DNA of 5,223 nucleotides, taken from assembly GCA_000004985.1 (NCBI GenBank), contig GG739019.1. One strand, given 5' to 3'. Under the pieces are notes generated by a model that was not told where the DNA came from, searched no databases, and saw only the letters and a list, made by a program, of their open reading frames with translations. Source of the stretch: Naegleria gruberi. Taxonomy: Eukaryota. This document shows, piece after piece, positions 1 to 5,223 of this stretch. The translations under genes and the position numbers were made by a program. Within the stretch, counting starts at the first letter, position 1. Each line of letters opens with the position of its first letter.

Positions 1-501
1 TAAAATATCAATTGTATCTAATAAATTATCAAAATTAATATTTTTTAAAATATTATTTATATTTAATTGTTTAATATTTATAAATTCACCTTCAACTCTA
101 TTTAAAATAAATAAAATACTAAAATTATTTGAATATATTTGTAATTTACCATAAATTAAATAATCAATTATAGATTGTAATGCATCTAATTCTTCATTAT
201 TTAAATTATTTAATAAATATTCATTTTCAATTACATTTTTTAATAAATTTGGTGCCATTTTTACTATAATTGGTTTAAATACAATAATTCCATTTTTAAT
301 TTCATCCATTTCAAATTTTTTTAAAATTACTTTTTTATATTTAATTTCTTTTTTTTTAAATGATTTTTTAATTTCAATTAAATTAATTCCATTTCTATTT
401 GCTATATTTAAATCATTATTTTCTATTTTTATATCTGGATGATTTAATAATAATTTAATTATTTCTAAATTTCTTTCTTTACATGATATACGAAGTGGTG
501 A
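1..501 (-). CDS. Ankyrin-repeat protein, large 3' exon (partial, runs off the window at position 1): 4th ankyrin-like repeat, Lys-rich linker and a BTB/POZ-like region
   Basis: The acceptor is ...aaatatag| at 502-503. The ORF is open for 167 codons with no stop in the extremely AT-rich DNA. It begins SPLRISCKERNLEIIKLLLNHPDIKIENNDLNIANRNGINLIEIKK, continues through FKKKEIKYKKVILKKFEMDEIKNG, and ends IIVFKPIIVKMAPNLLKNVIENEYLLNNLNNEELDALQSIIDYLIYGKLQIYSNNFSILFILNRVEGEFINIKQLNINNILKNINFDNLLDTIDIL. This resembles the hydrophobic core of a BTB/POZ fold (f..lL.fiYtG.l.i...n...lL.aA..l.i..L). The BTB call rests on pattern recognition only. Confidence 0.55.
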
Positions 502-550
502 CTATATTTGGATATTTATTATATTTAGTAATTAACATGCTTGTACTTAC

Positions 551-553
551 ACC
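551..553 (-). other. Candidate 3-nt micro-exon 'ggt' (Gly) flanked by ttaaaatag| and |gtaagtacaa
   Basis: ag at 554-555 lies 3 nt before a GTAAGT donor at 549-550. The module lies in the middle of the 97-nt interval between the third and fourth ankyrin exons. Confidence 0.2.
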
Positions 554-598
554 CTATTTTAAAATAATTTAAATATTTTATAAAAATTAATTACATAC

Positions 599-682
599 TA
601 AATTTACATTAATATTTGAATTATTTAATAATTGTTTAACAATTAAAATATTTCCTAATTTACATGATTTACATAATGCTGT
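599..682 (-). CDS. Ankyrin-repeat protein, internal exon (one ankyrin repeat, 28 codons)
   Basis: The acceptor is ...aaatatag| at 683-684, and a GTATGTAATT donor follows 599. Translation is TALCKSCKLGNILIVKQLLNNSNINVNL. The last 20 nt of this exon plus the first 10 nt of its intron are near-identical to the exon-1/intron-1 junction. Confidence 0.55.
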
Positions 683-734
683 CTATATTTGTAATTTTAA
701 TTGTAAATCATCAACACAATGAAAATATACTTAC

Positions 735-737
735 TAA
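735..737 (-). other. Candidate 3-nt micro-exon 'tta' (Leu) flanked by tttaaatag| and |gtaagtatat
   Basis: ag at 738-739 lies 3 nt before a GTAAGT donor at 733-734. Confidence 0.2.
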
Positions 738-794
738 CTATTTAAATATTTAATTATATAAATAAATAAATAAATATTTTAAAAATGTACATAC

Positions 795-797
795 TCC
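795..797 (-). other. Candidate 3-nt micro-exon 'gga' (Gly) flanked by ttatatag| and |gtatgtacat
   Basis: ag at 798-799 lies 3 nt before a GTATGT donor at 793-794. This is a near-identical copy of the module at 1141-1160. Confidence 0.2.
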
Positions 798-854
798 CTA
801 TATAATTACAATTAATCTATTATTAATATTTAATTTAAAATAAATAATACATAC

Positions 855-857
855 AGT
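855..857 (-). other. Candidate 3-nt micro-exon 'act' (Thr) flanked by tttaaatag| and |gtatgtatta
   Basis: ag at 858-859 lies 3 nt before a GTATGT donor at 853-854. Confidence 0.2.
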
Positions 858-903
858 CTATTTAAACAATTTTACAATAAATTAAATATTAATATTTACA
901 TAC

Positions 904-993
904 ATATTCTTGATTTACATTTATAGTAGGTATATTTAATAATAATTTTACAATTTCTTCTGATCCTCTTTCACATGCAATATATAAAGGTGG
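904..993 (-). CDS. Ankyrin-repeat protein, internal exon (one ankyrin repeat, 30 codons)
   Basis: The acceptor is ...gatgtag| at 994-995, and a GTATGTAAAT donor follows 904. Translation is PPLYIACERGSEEIVKLLLNIPTINVNQEY, which matches the ankyrin consensus TPLHxAxxxGxxxxVxxLLxxxAxVNxxD. The exon is phase 0 at both ends. Confidence 0.55.
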
Positions 994-1047
994 CTACATC
1001 ATTTTTAATTATTAAATATTAATTAAATATTATTAAATATTACATAC

Positions 1048-1050
1048 TTT
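1048..1050 (-). other. Candidate 3-nt micro-exon 'aaa' (Lys) flanked by ttatttag| and |gtatgtaata
   Basis: ag at 1051-1052 lies 3 nt before a GTATGT donor at 1046-1047. A weaker seventh module tatag|cat|gtacgt lies at 1101-1107. Confidence 0.2.
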
Positions 1051-1147
1051 CTAAATAATATATTAAATAAATAAATATATTAATAATAATTAATATACGT
1101 ACATGCTATAATAGGTAATTACATTCCGATACTAATAAATTACATAC

Positions 1148-1150
1148 TCC
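1148..1150 (-). other. Candidate 3-nt micro-exon 'gga' (Gly) flanked by tatatag| and |gtatgtaatt
   Basis: A consensus 3' splice site (ag at 1151-1152) sits exactly 3 nt upstream of a consensus GTATGT donor (1146-1147). The 16-nt core acatactccctatata recurs at 791-806. Confidence 0.2.
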
Positions 1151-1203
1151 CTATATACATCATAATTACAAATTTAAAATATAAATATTAAATAATTACA
1201 TAC

Positions 1204-1392
1204 TAAATTAACATTAATATTTGGAACTGATAATAAAATCTTTATAATTTCTAAATTTGATTTTTCACAAGCAATTGCTAATAAACTTGTTTTACGATCA
1301 GTTTGTAAATCATTAATACAATCTTGTAATTGTAATGTTGATAATGTTGCAATATCATTATTAACAATTGCTTGCAGTGGTGAATTTCCCAT
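1204..1392 (-). CDS. Ankyrin-repeat protein, exon 1 (start codon 1390-1392, 63 codons)
   Basis: ATG sits in an A-rich context (ataaaaaaaATGGga), with an in-frame stop 9 codons upstream. The exon translates to MGNSPLQAIVNNDIATLSTLQLQDCINDLQTDRKTSLLAIACEKSNLEIIKILLSVPNINVNL, which contains an ankyrin-like unit (TSLLAIACEKSNLEIIKILLSVPNINVN). It ends in phase 0 immediately before a minus-strand GTATGTAATT donor (+ strand 1203 downward). Confidence 0.6.
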
Positions 1393-1419
1393 TTTTTTAT
1401 AAATTTGATTTGATTGTCA
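1393..1419 (-). promoter_or_regulatory. 5' leader and translation-initiation context of the ankyrin gene
   Basis: The minus strand reads tgacaatcaaatcaaatttataaaaaaaATGGGA. The stop in the leader is in frame with the ATG, followed by an A-run ahead of ATGG. A TATA-like ttttaaaaata element (+1489-1501) lies about 100 nt upstream. The promoter assignment is inference only. Confidence 0.3.
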
Positions 1420-1557
1420 TTTGATGTGTTGCTCATTTGAATGTGTGCAATGGTTGACATTAATCATGTTTCAATCCATAATTAAAATTCTATTTTTAAA
1501 ACCAAATAGAAGCATCATTTCATATTTGGATCAATATTTCAACAACACCTTCTTCTC

Positions 1558-2705
1558 NNNNNNNNNNNNNNNNNNNNNNNNNNNNNNNNNNNNNNNNNNN
1601 NNNNNNNNNNNNNNNNNNNNNNNNNNNNNNNNNNNNNNNNNNNNNNNNNNNNNNNNNNNNNNNNNNNNNNNNNNNNNNNNNNNNNNNNNNNNNNNNNNNN
1701 NNNNNNNNNNNNNNNNNNNNNNNNNNNNNNNNNNNNNNNNNNNNNNNNNNNNNNNNNNNNNNNNNNNNNNNNNNNNNNNNNNNNNNNNNNNNNNNNNNNN
1801 NNNNNNNNNNNNNNNNNNNNNNNNNNNNNNNNNNNNNNNNNNNNNNNNNNNNNNNNNNNNNNNNNNNNNNNNNNNNNNNNNNNNNNNNNNNNNNNNNNNN
1901 NNNNNNNNNNNNNNNNNNNNNNNNNNNNNNNNNNNNNNNNNNNNNNNNNNNNNNNNNNNNNNNNNNNNNNNNNNNNNNNNNNNNNNNNNNNNNNNNNNNN
2001 NNNNNNNNNNNNNNNNNNNNNNNNNNNNNNNNNNNNNNNNNNNNNNNNNNNNNNNNNNNNNNNNNNNNNNNNNNNNNNNNNNNNNNNNNNNNNNNNNNNN
2101 NNNNNNNNNNNNNNNNNNNNNNNNNNNNNNNNNNNNNNNNNNNNNNNNNNNNNNNNNNNNNNNNNNNNNNNNNNNNNNNNNNNNNNNNNNNNNNNNNNNN
2201 NNNNNNNNNNNNNNNNNNNNNNNNNNNNNNNNNNNNNNNNNNNNNNNNNNNNNNNNNNNNNNNNNNNNNNNNNNNNNNNNNNNNNNNNNNNNNNNNNNNN
2301 NNNNNNNNNNNNNNNNNNNNNNNNNNNNNNNNNNNNNNNNNNNNNNNNNNNNNNNNNNNNNNNNNNNNNNNNNNNNNNNNNNNNNNNNNNNNNNNNNNNN
2401 NNNNNNNNNNNNNNNNNNNNNNNNNNNNNNNNNNNNNNNNNNNNNNNNNNNNNNNNNNNNNNNNNNNNNNNNNNNNNNNNNNNNNNNNNNNNNNNNNNNN
2501 NNNNNNNNNNNNNNNNNNNNNNNNNNNNNNNNNNNNNNNNNNNNNNNNNNNNNNNNNNNNNNNNNNNNNNNNNNNNNNNNNNNNNNNNNNNNNNNNNNNN
2601 NNNNNNNNNNNNNNNNNNNNNNNNNNNNNNNNNNNNNNNNNNNNNNNNNNNNNNNNNNNNNNNNNNNNNNNNNNNNNNNNNNNNNNNNNNNNNNNNNNNN
2701 NNNNN
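1558..2705. other. Assembly gap (1148 N)
   Basis: Uninterrupted run of n; the sequence content is unknown. Confidence 0.99.
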
Positions 2706-3428
2706 ATAACTATTAATTTCTCACAGTTTGAGCAGTAGTACTTAAATAGATTACGTATATATTACAATAGTAGGTAACGTCATTAATAAAGTTAAATGTT
2801 GTGGTATTATTATTTGATCTATCAAGAACGGTATCACATAAGTACATGTCTATTGATTGGTCTTGGAAGATCTTTCTAAATGTTGCTTTGATAATTCTAG
2901 GTTTGACAACTGCAAAACATGGAAAAGAAAGCAAATGATACGATTATTTTTAACTTCACTTTCGCGGAAAATCTTTTAGCTGTTCAGAAGTTTTTTTACG
3001 TTGACAAGTCTCCCAATGCCTAACATTTCTCAAATGGAGGTACATCTCTATTATCTGTTGAAATTTTACTTGAGATATCAAGGGAAATCATGGTGAAAAC
3101 TACAAGATTATCAATGAAGAAAAAATGGAATCGACAATCTTTCATCAGATCTCCAAAGTCTAATCTAATTCATACAGTCAAGCAACTTGGTGCCAGTTCT
3201 GTTCCTCATAATGAATCAACTCATTAAGAACTGTTAAAAAAAACCATGAAACAAACTCAAATGAAAAAAAGGATTTATTGAAATAGAATGTGCTTTTAAT
3301 ACAATTCTTTTTGTTGCTTTGTTTTCTCTTACTCCAATGAATCTTTTCAAATATAAGTTTTAAATATATAAATATATTATAAATTAAATATAAATTAAAT
3401 AAATATTTTAATATATTATTTAATTAGT
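2706..3428. other. Small contig between two gaps. 2706-3350 is a GC-elevated island (about 33-38% GC) with no intact ORF and with fragmented minus-strand ORF pieces. 3351-3428 is ordinary AT-rich spacer.
   Basis: Base counts on 60-nt lines give 32-38% GC, against 10-18% in the flanking non-coding DNA. Three minus-strand stop-free stretches of about 55-75 codons sit in three different frames (3345-3182, 3195-3028 and 2934-2713). No GTAWGT...AG structure links them convincingly. Confidence 0.5.
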
Positions 3429-3478
3429 NNNNNNNNNNNNNNNNNNNNNNNNNNNNNNNNNNNNNNNNNNNNNNNNNN
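3429..3478. other. Assembly gap (50 N), interrupting the RhoGEF coding region
   Basis: Uninterrupted run of exactly 50 n, which suggests a placeholder of unknown true size. Confidence 0.99.
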
Positions 3479-5219
3479 TTAATTTAAATAATTCATTCTT
3501 ATTATTACCTAATAAATAAGATGCAAAATTAGTATATTCTTTTGTAAATAAAATTGAATCATTAAATAAATGAATTTTAGATTCTTGATAATTTTCATTT
3601 AAATTTAATAAATTATTTAATAAATTTGTATTATTATTATTTAAATTATTATTTAATAAATTATTTGTATTATTATTTAAATCATTATAAATAAATAAAT
3701 AAATATTAAAAGAATTTAAAAAACGTCTAGTAGATATAACTAATTTATCAATATTATATCTATAAGCAATATCAATTAAATTTTTTAAATTTGCAATATC
3801 TTTCATTTTTCTATTAATTTCATGTGCTTGTTGTTGTATTTTTTGACATGTTAAATTTAACATTTCATAATCTGAATGATTTTCATTGGTTTCTTTTAAA
3901 ATAGCCTTACTTAATAAACAATATTTTACAATACGTTGACATGGCATTATTAATAAACTTGTTAAATCTAAACCATCTGTACCTTTAACATTTTTACTTG
4001 AATCTTGAATAACTTGTTTAAATTTTGGATATTCTTGATAGGCTTGTGGTAAATTTGTATGAACTGTTCTTGAATAATGTGATTGATAATCTATATATAT
4101 TTTAAAAAATGGTATATATTTATAAATTATATTTCCAATATTATATAAATATAATTCTTTTTTTATAATTTCAGATTGTTCTATTGTTAAATTTATATTA
4201 TTTAAATTATTTATATTTAAATTATTTAATATATTATTTATATATTTAATTAAATCTTTATAAAACATTTGTGAACATTTTAATATATTTTCCAAATCAG
4301 GTGGAAATATTTTTTTAACAAGTACTTGTCCATTTATATTTTTAATTTCACATTCATTAAATTTTAATTGTCCTTGTTGTTCTATATTTGTATAATTGGT
4401 TATTGGTAATACAAATTCATTAAATAATACTTCTAAATATTTCTTATATTTATATTCTGATTCTATTATTTCTAATAATGTATATATACGTTTATCTATT
4501 ATTTTAGATGAATTATCTTTTTTATTACTATTAGAAGTATTAGTAGTAGTAGATGTATTTGTAGTAGTAGATGTATTATTTGTATTATTAGTAGTAGTAG
4601 ATGTATCCTTTTTAGGTGGTGGTGATGATGTAGTATTTAATGTTGGTGGTGGTGTATTATTATTTGTATTATTATTATTTGTATTATTACTTGGTGGTGG
4701 TGCAGTAATAATTTTACTATTTTTATCATCCTTACTATTATTATCATCAATATTATTATTATTTATATTAGTATTATTATTATTATATTCATCAATTTGT
4801 AAATTTGTATTATTTTTCATTAATTCAATAATAATTTTCATTGCAGAATCAATATAATTATTTGATGAAATGTTTAATTTTTTTAAATTTTTTAAATTTG
4901 TTAAATCATCAGGTAATTTTGATAATAAATTGTGTGAAATGTCTAAAATTTTTAAATTTTGTAATTTTGCAATATCAGGTTGTAATGCAATTAAACTATT
5001 ATTATTTAAATATAATTCTTCTAAATTAATACATTGTAATATATTTTGTGGTAATATTTCTAATTTATTAAAACTTAAATCAATAATTTTTAAATTTTTT
5101 AATTTATGAAAATCATTAAATAAAGAAGTAAAATTATTTTTTTTTAAAATTAAAATTTCTAAATTAATAAAAACATTTGTAAATTCATAATGAATTGATG
5201 ATATTTTGTTATTGATAAA
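3479..5219 (-). CDS. LRR-DH-PH Rho-family guanine-nucleotide exchange factor (partial; 5' end open at the window edge, 3' end lost in the gap)
   Basis: Continuous minus-strand ORF of about 580 codons. The supplied 473-aa ORF (3420-4841) extends another 126 stop-free codons upstream (4842-5219). That upstream stretch encodes clean leucine-rich repeats. DH-domain conserved regions CR1-CR3 and the Dbl-family PH signature are present; the motif strings are given in the domain features below. Codon usage is tta/aat/aaa/caa/ggt/cca. Confidence 0.8.
3480..3599 (-). other. Probable N-terminal part of a PH domain following the DH domain (truncated by the gap)
   Basis: NENYQESKIHLFNDSILFTKEYTNFASYLLGNNKNELFKL resembles the beta3-beta4 signature (r.lFLFnD.Ll..K) of PH domains that follow DH domains. 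It is separated from the DH domain by an N-rich loop. Confidence 0.4.
3756..4505 (-). other. Dbl-homology (DH / RhoGEF) catalytic domain
   Basis: CR1 reads RIYTLLEIIESEYKYKKYLEVLFNEFVLPI. CR2 reads IFPPDLENILKCSQMFYKDL, followed by IGNIIYKYIPFFKIYIDYQSHYSRTV. CR3 reads LTSLLIMPCQRIVKYCLLSKAILKET, which matches the canonical Lxs.Ll.PvQRi.KY.LLL.elLk.T. The C-terminal helix reads AHEINRKMKDIANLKNLIDIAY. Confidence 0.8.
4512..4814 (-). repeat. Asn/Thr/Pro/Ser-rich low-complexity linker (about 100 codons) between the LRR and DH domains
   Basis: The translation is NNNNTNINNNNIDDNN...APPPSNNTNNNNTNNNTPPPTLNTTSSPPPKKDTSTTTNNTNNTSTTTNTSTTTNTSNSN. The DNA consists of (aat)n, (act/aca)n runs and three ggtggtggtg (PPP) blocks. 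Confidence 0.8.
4531..4608. repeat. Imperfect tandem minisatellite (unit of about 21-27 nt, agtagtagtagatgtatttgt, 3 copies) inside the coding linker
   Basis: Direct reading shows agtagtagtagatgtatttgt, then agtagtagatgtattatttgtattatt, then agtagtagtagatgtatcc. On the minus strand this encodes STTTNT repeats. Confidence 0.6.
4842..5219 (-). other. Leucine-rich repeat region of the RhoGEF (at least 5 LRRs), upstream of the first in-frame Met
   Basis: The minus-strand translation is FINLEILILKKNNFTSLFNDFHK / LKNLKIIDLSFNKLEILPQNILQC / INLEELYLNNNSLIALQPDIAKL / QNLKILDISHNLLSKLPDDLTNL / KNLKKLNISSNNYIDSAM. This fits LxxLxLxxNxLxxLPxxL with a 23-24 aa period. There is no Met in the region, and an in-frame tga lies at 5220-5222. 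Confidence 0.7.
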
Positions 5220-5223
5220 TCAA

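Noticed and set aside
760-775. (aaat)4 microsatellite
   Set aside because: It is real, but it is an ordinary intronic AT microsatellite in an 85-90% AT background and not informative.
1174-1460. Track ORFs 1174-1392 (tail ..LVCNYLIFIF) and 1278-1460 on the minus strand
   Set aside because: The first is exon 1 read through the GTATGT donor at 1203 into intron sequence, so its last 10 residues are intronic. The second is an alternative frame across exon 1 and the leader with no domain content.
1421-2716. 431-aa + strand ORF in the supplied track
   Set aside because: Only the first 45 codons are real sequence and the rest is the N-run translated as X. It starts at a TTG. The real portion uses many rare codons and lies 32 bp from the divergent ankyrin ATG.
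2713-2934. 73-aa minus-strand ORF (MLSFPCF...) as a gene
   Set aside because: It begins at a TTG (the track uses bacterial-style alternative starts) immediately after an in-frame taa. It is kept only as one of the frame-shifted fragments in the GC-rich island finding.
3008-3020. DUSE-like tcccaatg (the ncRNA upstream element of Dictyostelium is [AT]CCCA[AT]AA)
   Set aside because: The match to the consensus is imperfect. No recognisable Class I RNA motif (CCTTACAGCAA) or snRNA sequence lies about 60 nt downstream.
3100-3200. Possible box C/D snoRNA (ctgatga C-box-like on the minus strand at about 3141-3147)
   Set aside because: No matching D box (cuga) and no terminal stem at an appropriate distance. 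A single heptamer match is expected by chance.
2706-3420. tRNA gene
   Set aside because: This was a natural suspect because dictyostelid TRE retroelements target tRNA genes and the island is GC-richer. No B-box (GGTTCGANTCC) or A-box match is present on either strand.
4396-4857. 153-aa + strand ORF (MVIGNTNSLNN...LLLLEVLVVVDV...)
   Set aside because: It is antisense to the Asn/Thr/Pro low-complexity linker of the RhoGEF. The translation is a poly-L/V/G mirror image of the (aat)/(act)/(cca) repeats on the coding strand, a classic shadow ORF.
4841-5109. Two overlapping + strand ORFs (62 and 79 aa)
   Set aside because: They are antisense to the LRR-coding region. Their translations are F/K/L/N-rich nonsense. 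The minus strand carries a periodic LRR frame with no stops.
1-5223. Ciliate (TAA/TAG = Gln) or apicomplexan origin
   Set aside because: Gln is encoded by caa throughout. Long ORFs are delimited by taa/tga with no internal in-frame taa/tag. Apicomplexans lack Rho GTPases and DH-domain GEFs. A standard-code dictyostelid fits best.

Overview
The window is extremely AT-rich. Non-coding DNA is about 10-18% GC and coding stretches about 25-30%. It uses the standard genetic code with Asn/Thr/Pro homopolymer tracts, a strong tta/aat/aaa/caa/ggt/cca codon bias, and short introns that begin with GTAWGT. This is the signature of a dictyostelid social-amoeba nuclear scaffold (Dictyostelium-like). A Dbl-homology RhoGEF is present, which argues against an apicomplexan. 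The window is eukaryotic, so prokaryotic feature classes such as CRISPR, operons or defence islands do not apply. Two N-runs (1558-2705 and 3429-3478) are assembly gaps. They cut the window into three contigs. Two minus-strand genes are supported. (1) A multi-exon ankyrin-repeat gene runs from the ATG at 1392 down to position 1 and off the window. It has four ankyrin-like repeats and then a BTB/POZ-like region. Its introns carry six juxtaposed 3'ss-NNN-5'ss modules (tag|NNN|gtatgta), which are either 3-nt micro-exons or recursive-splice-like sites. (2) A large minus-strand ORF at 3479-5219 encodes leucine-rich repeats, an N/T/P-rich low-complexity linker, a textbook DH (RhoGEF) domain and the start of a PH domain. 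It is open at the right-hand window edge and is truncated by the 50-N gap. Between the two gaps lies a 723-bp contig (2706-3428) of unusually high GC (about 33-38%). It has no intact ORF, only frame-shifted ORF fragments on the minus strand. It may be a pseudogene, a transposon remnant or a mis-scaffolded piece. No tRNA or rRNA is supported. All + strand ORFs in the supplied track are antisense or N-run artefacts.
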